64,000 bases of DNA from Candidatus Gottesmanbacteria bacterium UBA5942 (GCA_002430725.1 DJCU01000008.1:393-64392), one strand, 5' to 3'. Counted from the first letter of the stretch, positions 18,755-29,285 are shown. Translations and numbers: made by a program. Notes: generated by a model from the sequence alone, not told the origin.

Positions 18755-20302
18755 TTAGTGCACCTCATATAAAACCAGGCTATGTGAAGCTGTTGTACGG
18801 GTAAGAAAGGAGAGGGTAGATAGGTGAGTGTTTCCTCGTGAGGCAATAACATGGGTAATTTCGTTTTTTGCCAAGAATGATTGAAGTTCTGTGTCTGTTA
18901 GAGCGCCCGTAAATACCATATTTGCGTTCGTCTCCTTCTTGTCAGCATCAATAGTGAGAAGTGGGTGTCCATGATAGCTTCGTTTACCGGAAAGCGCTGG
19001 AAACACGAGATTATAGGGCGGTATCACTAAAAATATGTCGCGGGATGAGTGCGTTGCGCTGATTTCTCGAAAAAACTGATATTCACTGGTTGGGAGATAG
19101 TGGTACACGTTGTTGGTGTCATACATGGTGACGAGTGAGATCGTTTTTTGGTGGTTAGGAAGGAGAATGAGCGACAGCCCTGCAATGAGCGATATGCCGA
19201 GTATTCGAACAATTATTTTTTTAGTGAGCAGAAAACTGTCTATGCCCGATGCAGCAATAATAGAAAGGAGGAGAATGGTGAGCGTGGAGAGAGTTCGTGC
19301 ATTGGATATGCCGATATATGCCGGGATGGGCGAAAGAAAAATAACGATAGGAAAAAACGCGAGGATGACACTTAACCCTCTGCTATATGTTTTGGGCGCG
19401 GTAAAAAATGGCACTGCAAATAACGAAAGAAGCAGGATTGGCCCGCTTGCCAAGATAAAGTGTTCTATGGTGAGCACGTTCTGCTGTGTTAATTCCCACA
19501 TTTTAAGTTGAATAAACGGTAACGTACGGAAAAGTGATGTGACGTAAAGAAGTGGTATAGCGCCCGAAGCTATAAGAAGCACGAAAAGTGTACGAATAGA
19601 TATTTTGCGATATACCGCAGCGCCTACGGCAGCAGCTGCTATGATGCCCCATAATACCGGTTGCAGGCTAGCAAGCACGAAGCTTGCAATACTTATGACG
19701 AGCCCCATTTTCCACGAATGTTTTTTGTATTGCGTCCACTGAATAAGTCCATATACAAGTGCTATGGAGGCCGTATGGAGGAGTAATTGGTGTGGTACTC
19801 CGCCAAAGCGCACGCGAGGAACGGCAAAGTTGTTCCAATAGTCACCGTACGAGGGTTTACCATCGCGGAGTACCGGAAATGCATGAAAGAGCGCAAAAAA
19901 ATACAACGCGATGGTGGCAGCCCTGCGGCTTCGAAGGATAGTGAGTGCCAGTATATATGCCATGATAAGCAGAGCTATCCCAAGAATTGCGATGCTTGCC
20001 TGATACGCGACAATTGGCGATAGGTTGAGTATATGAAATATTTTTCCAATGAGTACGTTGCTCCAACCTATAAATGACGGAGACATATGTTCGCTAGTAA
20101 AAAGATCAATGGTGGTAAGCCATCTGTTTTCGCCTTGGGTAAATTGTGAAAGATAATAAAAATAGTCGCCGGGATGGTGCACGTTGCCCAAAAACACCAT
20201 GTCTTTCGGGGTATTGGTAAACCCAATGATCGAAGGAGCTGTATTTTCGAGGGTGGCAAGAAAAATGATGATTGTAACAAACAAGGTATACACGATTACC
20301 AT
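18755..20302 (-). CDS. Polytopic membrane protein, putative GT-C glycosyltransferase (paralog group A)
   Basis: H..DY..YLS...QG loop, PHQ motif, C-terminal P...G.RSY.GH..T domain shared with 22380-24044 and 27672-29285. Confidence 0.7.
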   Translation of the reverse strand: MVIVYTLFVTIIIFLATLENTAPSIIGFTNTPKDMVFLGNVHHPGDYFYYLSQFTQGENRWLTTIDLFTSEHMSPSFIGWSNVLIGKIFHILNLSPIVAYQASIAILGIALLIMAYILALTILRSRRAATIALYFFALFHAFPVLRDGKPSYGDYWNNFAVPRVRFGGVPHQLLLHTASIALVYGLIQWTQYKKHSWKMGLVISIASFVLASLQPVLWGIIAAAAVGAAVYRKISIRTLFVLLIASGAIPLLYVTSLFRTLPFIQLKMWELTQQNVLTIEHFILASGPILLLSLFAVPFFTAPKTYSRGLSVILAFFPIVIFLSPIPAYIGISNARTLSTLTILLLSIIAASGIDSFLLTKKIIVRILGISLIAGLSLILLPNHQKTISLVTMYDTNNVYHYLPTSEYQFFREISATHSSRDIFLVIPPYNLVFPALSGKRSYHGHPLLTIDADKKETNANMVFTGALTDTELQSFLAKNEITHVIASRGNTHLSTLSFLTRTTASHSLVLYEVH

Positions 20303-20306
20303 CGTA

Positions 20307-20984
20307 TCATTTACCTAAATACGTTGGATGCTGGGGAAACAGTAAGGACATGTTGCCTCCGTTCTTCGGATGAGCGTATATTGCGCCTAAATATGAAAGC
20401 GTATCTATATTCTGCATGCGCTGCATGCTGATGCCATGGGTCAGGTGATGAAGCGTATTGCTTACCCAATCGACAATAGCGTCTTTTTTCCATGATTTCG
20501 GCGCGATAGCATATACCTGACCGGTGAGCTCTATTTGGACACAGCTTGCACCGCGGTTGCCGACATAGTTGGGTAAATCTCGTCTTTTTCCAAAACTAAG
20601 GGAGATGCCGGAGGGTTCTAACGGAAGATTTCGGGTGATGGAAGCACTGACCGCAGTGCCAGATTTTTCAGATTGTATGATAAATGCATAGCGCTGCTTT
20701 GCTCCGGTTATCAGGTTAAATGACTGCAGGTGAGTTTCTGTACCAGTACGGTTACGGGCGAGAAGAACAGCTGGGTAGTGGTAGCGGTCGCGGAGGTGGA
20801 GCACCCGGATTTTTTCCAGAGGAAACGAGCGGAGCTGGGGAGATTCTGCGGCGAAATCACGCGCTTTTTCATACGACATATGGCGTATATGGGAGAGATC
20901 ATTGCCGGTTGCCATACTCCACGCAACAAAGTCTCGCGCTTGTTTTCCGAGTGCCTCAGATTGTAGACATCGCTCAACAAACAT
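20307..20984 (-). CDS. Hypothetical protein
   Basis: 225-aa ORF filling the gap between genes, preceded by a near-consensus promoter; no family recognised. Confidence 0.6.
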   Translation of the reverse strand: MFVERCLQSEALGKQARDFVAWSMATGNDLSHIRHMSYEKARDFAAESPQLRSFPLEKIRVLHLRDRYHYPAVLLARNRTGTETHLQSFNLITGAKQRYAFIIQSEKSGTAVSASITRNLPLEPSGISLSFGKRRDLPNYVGNRGASCVQIELTGQVYAIAPKSWKKDAIVDWVSNTLHHLTHGISMQRMQNIDTLSYLGAIYAHPKNGGNMSLLFPQHPTYLGK

Positions 20985-20993
20985 AAGAAAAAG

Positions 20994-21022
20994 ATTATAT
21001 ACTATAGGACATAGAAAGTCAA
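20994..21022 (-). promoter_or_regulatory. Sigma70-type promoter TTGACT-N17-TATAAT, 9 nt before ATG 20984
   Basis: Plus strand agtcaa 21017-21022 and attata 20994-20999. Confidence 0.7.
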
Positions 21023-21038
21023 GAAGAGGTAGGGGGCA

Positions 21039-21707
21039 TTAGGGGGTTGTTGACCACGAAACTGAGTTTGCCATGCGGTCAAAAACATCGGGTGCAAATA
21101 GCCTGCCACTCATCCATATAATAAGGTGATTTTTCCCTGGTACTTCCAAAAATATGTGATCGTAGGGGGTGTTTCCCTGGCTATCCCTATAGGTGGCACG
21201 ATATCCCTTCAGTCCTGAACTATTCGTAAATGCACTTACTTTTTCTACACCTTCCCAGCTGTAATCCTGCCACCATGTGGAGGCGTATTCCATGGGCTTT
21301 CCTATATATTGCTGTTTCTTGAGCGTGGTAAGATTTTCGACTCGAAAAAATATATTCGCGTTTGCATCTGTGTTGTTGTAGAAAACAGTAACAGCATCGT
21401 ACGGATCATTGGGAAACACTCCGAGTGATAATGTTTCGGGATACATAAATGAGTAGGGGAATATAGCTCCTGTCCGCGACTTCCATGTGGCATCTGCCGG
21501 TATATAAATTTTGCCGTCAGCTTGGGGAGTTTTTTCAGCTTTTTGTGTGCTGGTGGGGGTAGGTCCAAGGTAGGTAACCCCACCCGGTAATACAACAGTG
21601 CCTGTTTTTTGACGAGCAGTGACGTACGAGAAAAATACACCGACAAAAAGTACTGAACTTATGATGATAGCGGGTAAGATGAACTGCTTGTCTGATGAGT
21701 GTTCCAT
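21039..21707 (-). CDS. Membrane-anchored extracellular protein (PsbP-like fold possible)
   Basis: One N-terminal TM helix, PTPT linker, then W.....YSFMYP...GLKGYR...FDRMANSV pattern. Confidence 0.6.
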   Translation of the reverse strand: MEHSSDKQFILPAIIISSVLFVGVFFSYVTARQKTGTVVLPGGVTYLGPTPTSTQKAEKTPQADGKIYIPADATWKSRTGAIFPYSFMYPETLSLGVFPNDPYDAVTVFYNNTDANANIFFRVENLTTLKKQQYIGKPMEYASTWWQDYSWEGVEKVSAFTNSSGLKGYRATYRDSQGNTPYDHIFLEVPGKNHLIIWMSGRLFAPDVFDRMANSVSWSTTP

Positions 21708-21765
21708 ATAGCACCAAGAAAGGTATTGTTATCGGTTTTCGTGACTCACTGATAGTATAAGGGCG

Positions 21766-22317
21766 TTATTCTTTGGGAGCTTCCCAAAATTCTTTACCGG
21801 CCGCATCCCAGGGGAGACGATGTTCATCGGGTTCGTTTGGATTGAACTGATTATTCACAAAATAATAGACGTTTGCCTTTTTTCCTGAAAAATTGGCAGC
21901 ACCATGTGCCACACCACGCGGAATATATACACCTATAGAGTTGCCACCACCTAATGGAATTTTTTGTAATGTTCCTTTGGTGGCTGATCCTTCTCGTACG
22001 TCCCACAGGCCAAGAAGCAAGTGTTCATCCGGAGGAACATACCACATTTCATCCTGTTTATAGTGCAAATGCCATGCTTTAATTGCCTTGTGATACTGCT
22101 TGCTCCGGTTAATTTGGCGCAGTCGAAAGCCCGGGATAAGTTCGGATTCTCCATGTTCGTCTAGTCGCATGAGTTCGGAAAAATCACCGTTTTCACCGAC
22201 AAAATTGCGAATTTTGACAATAACAACGCCTTCGATCGTGGGTTTGGGGGAGTAATCCTGTTCGTACACTTTTTCGCGGACTTTCGTATCGATAGCGCCA
22301 TCAGTGAGATTGTTCAT
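21766..22317 (-). CDS. dTDP-4-dehydrorhamnose 3,5-epimerase (RmlC) family cupin
   Basis: TIEGV, GDFSE, QINRS, IKAWHLH..QDE.W, GLWDVREGS, YIPRGVAHG, DEHRLPWD. Start set at ATG 22317, 6 nt after GATAAT. Confidence 0.85.
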   Translation of the reverse strand: MNNLTDGAIDTKVREKVYEQDYSPKPTIEGVVIVKIRNFVGENGDFSELMRLDEHGESELIPGFRLRQINRSKQYHKAIKAWHLHYKQDEMWYVPPDEHLLLGLWDVREGSATKGTLQKIPLGGGNSIGVYIPRGVAHGAANFSGKKANVYYFVNNQFNPNEPDEHRLPWDAAGKEFWEAPKE

Positions 22318-22379
22318 AGTAGGATTATCCCAAGCATAAGGGTATAAAGTCAAACATGGTTTAGGTTAGAATGAGAAAT

Positions 22380-24044
22380 ATGCAGCTTAGGAAATATGTG
22401 CTTCATTTTGCGATTGTAGGATTTGTGTTGTTTTCTTTTGTTCCAACTTTTTATGAGTTGTCGCGTGCGGACAATCTTCATTCAAATAGACAATTTGAGC
22501 TCGTCCATAATTTTCCCACCGATTACAATTTTTATCTTTCACGAATACGTCAGGGATTAGAGGGACGGTGGACTGTTATTGAGCGATATACATCTGAGCC
22601 GCATCATGGGTCACTGATCCATGAATTTTATTTACTGTTGGGTCAGGCTGGTAAATTTTCAGGAGTACCACTCCATCGATCAGGTGATATATACCATATT
22701 GCACGATTTGTGCTTGCTGTCGCCATGCTTCTAGGTATTGCTGTGTTTGCGAAAAAATCATTTGATGGATTTCGACTGACGAAGCAATTTTGGATAGTGT
22801 TGTCATTTTTTCTTGCAGTGACCGCTTCATCATGGCCGAAGTTGTTAGCGGTAGTCGATACTGCTATTGTTCCCGCAACGATTGCGAATATACATAGCTG
22901 GAGACTGGGGGGGTATATGGCGTGGTGGTCGGTTATGGATAGCTTGCAGCGCATTACGTTTATTCCACACTTGTTGGCGGGTCAAGCGCTTATTATCGCC
23001 ATAATACTATTGGTTACCCAGAAACATATTGTGAGAAGGAGTCACAACGCTGTATTTATAGGATTGCTTGCATTCTTGCTTGGGATGATATTCCCGCCCG
23101 GCCTCCTGTTTGTGTATGTCGTGATGGGTGTATGGGTAGCGCTTATGGGGTGGAAAAGAGAGTGGATAGTGCCGTATGGCGCAATAGTTATGATGAGTAT
23201 CGCTTCGTTGGTGTACCTAGCGCTGATGACGGGAGTATACCCTTGGAAGCGCCTAGCAGAGGTGGACATTATCAGGCCACTTCCGTTTGATTATCTGGAA
23301 TATGGAAAAGCAATGGGGCCTGTATTGCCATTGGGGTTGTTGGGACTTATTGTTGCGTTACTTCGTTGGGAAATTGCACTTTTTCCTGCGGTGTCGTGGG
23401 TATTAGGGTGGGGATTGCTGTTGGGTGTATTTGCTTTTGTGCCGCAACAGAGCCCGCTTCGATTTTCAGAAATGATACCTCATGTGCCGTTGGGCGTACT
23501 CACTGCGTATTTTTTCTATATTTTTCGGAAATATGTGCCCCATGCAGTTGCATTTCTTATTCCTTCTCTGTTGGTGGCTGTTGGGCTGTTTCATATGTAT
23601 TCTTCGTATCTTTGGCAGCGGGATTTTGTTGATCACAAGATGAGAGCGACATTACCACTTGTTCCGACAGGGAGCTACGTCATGTATCCATTGAAAGATT
23701 TTGTATCCGGTATGCAGTTTATATATGATCATGGACGAGGGAAAGGTGTCGTGCTGAGTGAAACAACCGCCGCCAACTACATACCGGCATATATAGGCCA
23801 TGTCGTATACGCAGGACACGACAATACGGTAGCTTTTGAAGGAAAAAAAGAAAAAGTACGCGAGTTTTTTTCAGGCAACATGAGTGAAGCGCAAGCGCGT
23901 GATTTTATGTCTTTAACCGGCGCAGCATACGTATTTTTTGGTCCGCAGGAAAGAGAAGATGGTGGAGTAGGCGATCTCAATATGAAATATCCGTTTTTGA
24001 AAGAAGTGTATCGAAACAATCAGGTCGTTGTGTATATTCCATGA
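22380..24044 (+). CDS. Polytopic membrane protein, putative GT-C glycosyltransferase (paralog group A)
   Basis: HNFPTDYNFYLSRIRQG, YTSEP, IPH, IPAYIGHVVYAGH, YVFFGPQE. TAGAAT lies 7 nt before ATG 22380 (alternative start 22371). Confidence 0.7.
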   Translation: MQLRKYVLHFAIVGFVLFSFVPTFYELSRADNLHSNRQFELVHNFPTDYNFYLSRIRQGLEGRWTVIERYTSEPHHGSLIHEFYLLLGQAGKFSGVPLHRSGDIYHIARFVLAVAMLLGIAVFAKKSFDGFRLTKQFWIVLSFFLAVTASSWPKLLAVVDTAIVPATIANIHSWRLGGYMAWWSVMDSLQRITFIPHLLAGQALIIAIILLVTQKHIVRRSHNAVFIGLLAFLLGMIFPPGLLFVYVVMGVWVALMGWKREWIVPYGAIVMMSIASLVYLALMTGVYPWKRLAEVDIIRPLPFDYLEYGKAMGPVLPLGLLGLIVALLRWEIALFPAVSWVLGWGLLLGVFAFVPQQSPLRFSEMIPHVPLGVLTAYFFYIFRKYVPHAVAFLIPSLLVAVGLFHMYSSYLWQRDFVDHKMRATLPLVPTGSYVMYPLKDFVSGMQFIYDHGRGKGVVLSETTAANYIPAYIGHVVYAGHDNTVAFEGKKEKVREFFSGNMSEAQARDFMSLTGAAYVFFGPQEREDGGVGDLNMKYPFLKEVYRNNQVVVYIP

Positions 24045-24048
24045 GCGT

Positions 24049-26058
24049 ATGATGATTCCTGTTATTGGTTTTATCCTCGTGACGATGATTGTATTTGGGA
24101 AAGCGCTATTTCCTGCAGCTGACTTCATGATTTATGGCGATGATATCCACAGGTCATATTATTTTTTCCGTGAGTTTTTTAATTATTGGATACGCCAGGG
24201 AGTATTTCCGTGGTGGAATCCGTACATTTTTGGAGGTCAGCCGTTTATTGCTGACCCAATCGTCAATATTTGGTATCCAATAAATTGGCTATTCATGTTG
24301 ATCCCCTTAAATATCGCGTATGCGTGGCATATTGCGCTACATATTGTGTGGGCGATGACTGGGATGTACATGCTAACAGTTAATAGTAAACAGTTAACTG
24401 TTAACAGTAAGTTGGCGGCGTGGGTGAGTGGGGTAGTATTTGGGTTGTCAGGATTTTTTGCAGCGCGCACCTGGTCAGGGCACGTTGATGTCATTGCTGC
24501 CGCAAGCTGGATGCCTTGGGTGGTGTGGGCAATCGATAGAGCTATGATGTTGGGCGATAAAAAACGAATTATCGTGGCTTCGGGGATTTTTGCTCTTCAG
24601 TTGTTTTCAGGGTATCAAACCATGGCATTTATGACGGTCATCGTTGTCGGATTTGTCGCATTGGCTCGAAGCTATGGAGCAAAAAGCGTGAAGCCCATGT
24701 TGTTGGCAATACAGACGGGAGCTATCGGCATTGGACTAGCGGCTTTTCATCTGGTGCCGGTTTCAGAGTTTTTTCATGCGAGCATCCGTACGTTTCGTTT
24801 GCCGTATTCATGGGCTTCGTATGGTGCTTGGGGTTGGCAAAGTCTTATACAAATGCTCAACCCGTTTTTTTTCGGAGACCAGTATACCTATCGTGGTTTA
24901 GCGCCTAATTTTGGGGAGCACAGTGCGTTTGTGGGGGTTATTGGGTTGTTGCTCGCCATGATAGGCGTGGTGGTGAGTGTTAAAAATAAACGGGCGATCG
25001 TGGGAATAGCGTTTGTTGTGCTTGCTTTTTTTGGTGTATGGGTGTCTTTGGCATCCAATGCGCCGATCGACATACAGCGTGTGATGTGGGAGATCATACC
25101 GATGTATCGGTATATACGAATACCAGCGCGCCATCTTATCTTAGTGGTTTTTAGTTTATCTTTTTTGAGTGGTGTTGGATGTCTCTATCTCCTCATGCAT
25201 AGTAAAAAATGGCGTAAGTGGGTAAGCGCACTGATTGTCGGGCTTGTTGCTATCGAAATGGTTTTGTTTTCTCGTCATTTTATCGAACTTCAACCGATAC
25301 CTGAACGCCGTCATGACCACGAGCTAGTTGAGAGACTCGTCCAGGATGAGCAACCGTACCGGACTCTCCAGAACTTTGGAGTGTGGCTGTCCGCACGCGA
25401 TGCGTTGGATTTTGATAGCAGCATGTCTTATGGGATTTATTCTGCCACAGGATACAGTCCTTCTATATTGCGATCGTATTTTGAATATATTGCTCGTGCT
25501 ACCGGCAAAAGCGGGGAGCAGGCGATGCTGTCACATGACGTGCAAGTGCCATATATGTCCGCAGCAAATGCAGGGAGCATCGATTTTTTGAATATTAAAT
25601 ATATTATCGTTCCTCCAGAGCATGATCCTTTTTCTGGTAACGAACGATATAAGCTCGTGTGGGATGATGATCGCAATAAGTATCGGTTGTATGAGAATAC
25701 GAGTGTATTACCCCGATTTTTCTTGAGCGATTCGTCATGTGGAAGTGTCAACGTGTCTTCGTATACTCCCAATAAAGTCGTGTTGTCAGTTTCCAGTACG
25801 TGTGCAGCAACGTTACGAAGTTCGGAGGTTTGGTATCCCGGATGGACTGCTACCATCGATGGTAAAAAAACAAGTATTAATAAGGAAAACGATACGTTTC
25901 GAACACTTTTTATTCAACCCGGTAATCACACCATCGTTTATGAATTTCGCCCGACAATATTTCTTTTTGGCGGAATTATCAGTTTGTTTACGGGAAGCAT
26001 GCTTGCGTTATGGTGGAAAAAGCCGATTATGGACGTTGTTCCCGCCAGTAAGGGATGA
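24049..26058 (+). CDS. YfhO-family GT-C membrane glycosyltransferase
   Basis: GDD...YY, PWWNPYIFGGQPFIADP, RIPAR, C-terminal SEVWYPGWTATIDG...GNHTIVYEFRP + TM. Confidence 0.85.
   Translation: MMIPVIGFILVTMIVFGKALFPAADFMIYGDDIHRSYYFFREFFNYWIRQGVFPWWNPYIFGGQPFIADPIVNIWYPINWLFMLIPLNIAYAWHIALHIVWAMTGMYMLTVNSKQLTVNSKLAAWVSGVVFGLSGFFAARTWSGHVDVIAAASWMPWVVWAIDRAMMLGDKKRIIVASGIFALQLFSGYQTMAFMTVIVVGFVALARSYGAKSVKPMLLAIQTGAIGIGLAAFHLVPVSEFFHASIRTFRLPYSWASYGAWGWQSLIQMLNPFFFGDQYTYRGLAPNFGEHSAFVGVIGLLLAMIGVVVSVKNKRAIVGIAFVVLAFFGVWVSLASNAPIDIQRVMWEIIPMYRYIRIPARHLILVVFSLSFLSGVGCLYLLMHSKKWRKWVSALIVGLVAIEMVLFSRHFIELQPIPERRHDHELVERLVQDEQPYRTLQNFGVWLSARDALDFDSSMSYGIYSATGYSPSILRSYFEYIARATGKSGEQAMLSHDVQVPYMSAANAGSIDFLNIKYIIVPPEHDPFSGNERYKLVWDDDRNKYRLYENTSVLPRFFLSDSSCGSVNVSSYTPNKVVLSVSSTCAATLRSSEVWYPGWTATIDGKKTSINKENDTFRTLFIQPGNHTIVYEFRPTIFLFGGIISLFTGSMLALWWKKPIMDVVPASKG
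24374..24408. repeat. Degenerate heptamer tandem repeat inside coding sequence (taacagt taatagt aaacagt taactgt taacagt)
   Basis: Five 7-nt units encoding TVNSKQLTVNSK. Confidence 0.7.
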
Positions 26059-27688
26059 TGCAGGGATCTTCACCTTGCCACCATGGTTGTTGGCGAGACG
26101 TTTGATTGTTTGTGCGGTTATCAAATATCCATGTAAGCGGAGCGCCTCTCGTAGAAATCGTATGCACAGGTGTATGGTGGAGTAGATATTCATACGCATA
26201 AAAGAACCGGTAAAAGAATGATTGACGATTTAATACAATAACAAAATCAGATTCGTCATAACCGTATCGGTTAAGTTGTGGCAGGAGGTCAGGACGGAGG
26301 TATTGAGCGGCTACCGCAGCGGACATGACGATGTGCACTTTTGCGTTTTGTGGCGCGTGTTTATTTACCCAGAGAACAGCTGCTTTTTGGCTAGTGCCCC
26401 AGTAATCAAGATCGTATTTACCCATCGCGCCCCTTATCCCTCCGATGAGTTCGTTAAAGTAACTTATTTGGTACGGATGATGTTGGTATATCGCAAGCAA
26501 TAAATACAGTACTGCGGATATAAGAACGAAGAGTCCGATGTGTCGGTTGACGCGTTTTTTGAACCAAAGGTATATTTCATTCATGCCAATGCTTGCAAGC
26601 GCTGCGATGGGAAAAAGCACTTCTTCAAAATGACGGATGCCATCTATCACCCCAATACTCGGCACAATATACCGGAGAAGGGGAATACATAGCCAAAGAA
26701 CGAAAAGTAGCCCAATACGATGGTATTTTTTTTGCGCGATAACACAACACGAGCCTGCTATCCCAGAAAAAAGTATGACAAGTGGCGTGGTAATAGTGAG
26801 ATACCAGAGCGGATAATACCAGGGAACAGTAGAGCCAGAACAGTACCACGTACCGTTTAACAATACTTCTATATTATTTGTTCCTACACCAAAGGTGAGG
26901 AATGCGTGCCGGAGTTGGTCAATTGGATTTGGCCAAAATACCCACCAGAGAAGAAACGCAGCAATCGGAGAAAAGATGAAATACAAAAGAATTCTTTTGT
27001 AGTTAATAGTTGTCTTGTGTCGTTGAAATAGCCATAGGAAGCCTAGCCACGAGGCAAAAACAATGGGAATAAATACACTGTTTATTTTCACATTAAATGC
27101 CACTGCAAAGGCCGTCACAGCCCAAAACATATCGATTATTCGTTGATGTGTCACAAGACGCCATAAGAGCCATATATTGATGGCAAATATGACTGCAGAA
27201 GGAATGTCTTTCATGTTATTGTGGAGGTCTCCAAAAAATCGGGGAGTGAGCCCGAGAAGTAGCGCACTTATAAGCGCGACACGAGGGTGTATTGCCTCTT
27301 TTATAAACGTAAAAATTACAAAAATTCCCATAACTCCCCATACGATAATTGGGAGGTGATAGGCGCTGTCAGCAGGAAGGATTGCGAGTGATTTGTGTAG
27401 TAAGAGGTAGGTGGCGACAGGGGGAATACTCATGAGCGCGCCATAGGGAAGCGTCCATGCGCGTCTCGGGTCTGGTTCGACAAATGGTAGGTTGCGCGGT
27501 TCAAGTTGTTGTGGCTCAAAGCCTAAGAGCTTTCCGCCTCCAAAAAAGTGAAAGTGAAAATCCCACGTAAAACCGTAATGGTTGATTGTGAGGAGATGGA
27601 CAACAAGGAATACGAGCGTCATGAAAATGCCCGCGTGTTGGCGTATCCAGGAGAATGCCCGCGTGAGTATTTTATTTTTTGATAGCAT
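26027..27688 (-). CDS. ArnT/PMT-like (GT39/GT83-type) membrane glycosyltransferase
   Basis: YGFTWD, PRFFGDLHNNMKDIP, VPWYYP, DGIRH, HPYQISYFNEL, DLDYWG. Confidence 0.8.
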   Translation of the reverse strand: MLSKNKILTRAFSWIRQHAGIFMTLVFLVVHLLTINHYGFTWDFHFHFFGGGKLLGFEPQQLEPRNLPFVEPDPRRAWTLPYGALMSIPPVATYLLLHKSLAILPADSAYHLPIIVWGVMGIFVIFTFIKEAIHPRVALISALLLGLTPRFFGDLHNNMKDIPSAVIFAINIWLLWRLVTHQRIIDMFWAVTAFAVAFNVKINSVFIPIVFASWLGFLWLFQRHKTTINYKRILLYFIFSPIAAFLLWWVFWPNPIDQLRHAFLTFGVGTNNIEVLLNGTWYCSGSTVPWYYPLWYLTITTPLVILFSGIAGSCCVIAQKKYHRIGLLFVLWLCIPLLRYIVPSIGVIDGIRHFEEVLFPIAALASIGMNEIYLWFKKRVNRHIGLFVLISAVLYLLLAIYQHHPYQISYFNELIGGIRGAMGKYDLDYWGTSQKAAVLWVNKHAPQNAKVHIVMSAAVAAQYLRPDLLPQLNRYGYDESDFVIVLNRQSFFYRFFYAYEYLLHHTPVHTISTRGAPLTWIFDNRTNNQTSRQQPWWQGEDPCIIPYWREQRP

Positions 27689-29285
27689 AAACGTCTGCAA
27701 TTTCGCCGTGAAATGCCAGCGATAAAAAGGAATAGTGTGAGATGGCTGCTGAAGATTTTGATGAGACTAATACGTGGGAAATTGAGTGATCCTTCATAAA
27801 TTGTAGCGCTTGGGTTTCGTTCATGTTCCCATAAAAAAATTTATTTCGTAAATCTTGTTTTGTTTGTGTATAGAGCGTATGGACAGGATGTCCGGTAAAT
27901 GATCGTAGTCCTGTGAGGATGGGTATGATGACGTCATACGGCAGTGTCGGGTCTGTGATGACGAGATGGTTTTTGTCGTTTCGGGTGTGTTGGAGAAACA
28001 TAAACGTTTCCATCATTGAATAAGGTACGTGGTTAAGCTGCCTTATCGCTGTGTCAGTTTGAAGAGGACGTGTTCGTGCTTCTACCTGCGTGAAGATAGC
28101 TGGAAGAGTAAAAGAAAGGTACAGGACGAGCAGGAGCATACTGATCGGTAGCTTAGAAAGAGGTTGGGGGACATGTGTTTGTAGGGTGCGTGTTATGTAT
28201 GAGTATCCGATTGAAGCAACAATCGGAAGAATTGCGATTGATGCAGGCGAGAGCCATCGAACAGGTGTCGTTCCAAGAAGTTTAGGTATTGGGCTAAAAA
28301 ACACCACGAGAGAAAGAAGTCCAAATATACCCAATAGACCGCCTAGCGGGGTAATCTTATGAAAAAATAATCGTATGCCAAATGGGATAAATAAAACGAT
28401 TGGTCCGACAGCCAGTATAAATTGCCATATGCTGACTGAGACGAGCTGACCATCTTCCCACAGTTTTGCACTCACGAGTATTGGTTGACGCGCAAATTCT
28501 GCATTTGTAAGGAGTGCTCCGATAAGTGATGGTAACGCAAGAGCGAAACCAATCACTCCATATTGTGCCAATTTTTCTTTTCGTATGTGGGTAAGAAGGT
28601 AGAGAAGTGCAGTACTGTTTACAAGGAGCATTTGTGGTGGGGTTGCAATAGACGCGAGAAATGAATAGATCGCCAGAGCTATCAGTCGTATAGCAAGCGG
28701 GAGGATAGGTTTTTTGCGAAACGAGGTAATAAGCGTGGAAAATATCCATAGTACTGCAATCACAAGCAGTGTTTGTAATACTTGATGCGGGACGCCTCCA
28801 AGACGATTGAGCGCGGGTGTGGGGGAAAACCAAAATTCTCCTAACCCCGGAAAATTTGATGCGGTAATGATAAATATAAAGGTGATAAGACGAATGTGAA
28901 GTTGTCCAGGTATTATGGTCGGAATAAGTCGCCACCAGAAAGCGAGGAGTAGTGCGGTAAGGAAAAATAGACTCCCGTTATATACGATAAACGGATCAAT
29001 TCCCGCGCTACTTATTTTTCCCAGTATCGTATAAAACCAGTATATCCACGTTGGTGGCAAAGGCTCGTTGGTGTACATGTGATTGGTAAAAAACCACGCG
29101 CCATTTGCTCCCTGAAATATATGAGAAACATAAAGGAAATAATCTGCAAAATAGTGTGCGATGCCTGTAAATAATTCTCCGGGTTTGTTGTTGGCGGCTT
29201 CAGTGATGACATGCCATGAATTTGCGATAAGCATCGCAAATCCTATACCAATGGCGGCGAGGGACTCTCGAGATATTTTTTTCAT
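27672..29285 (-). CDS. Polytopic membrane protein, putative GT-C glycosyltransferase (paralog group A)
   Basis: HYFADYFLYVSHIFQG, YTNEP, GGVPHQ, IPILTGLRSFTGHPVHT. Confidence 0.7.
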   Translation of the reverse strand: MKKISRESLAAIGIGFAMLIANSWHVITEAANNKPGELFTGIAHYFADYFLYVSHIFQGANGAWFFTNHMYTNEPLPPTWIYWFYTILGKISSAGIDPFIVYNGSLFFLTALLLAFWWRLIPTIIPGQLHIRLITFIFIITASNFPGLGEFWFSPTPALNRLGGVPHQVLQTLLVIAVLWIFSTLITSFRKKPILPLAIRLIALAIYSFLASIATPPQMLLVNSTALLYLLTHIRKEKLAQYGVIGFALALPSLIGALLTNAEFARQPILVSAKLWEDGQLVSVSIWQFILAVGPIVLFIPFGIRLFFHKITPLGGLLGIFGLLSLVVFFSPIPKLLGTTPVRWLSPASIAILPIVASIGYSYITRTLQTHVPQPLSKLPISMLLLVLYLSFTLPAIFTQVEARTRPLQTDTAIRQLNHVPYSMMETFMFLQHTRNDKNHLVITDPTLPYDVIIPILTGLRSFTGHPVHTLYTQTKQDLRNKFFYGNMNETQALQFMKDHSISHVLVSSKSSAAISHYSFLSLAFHGEIADVYAIKK

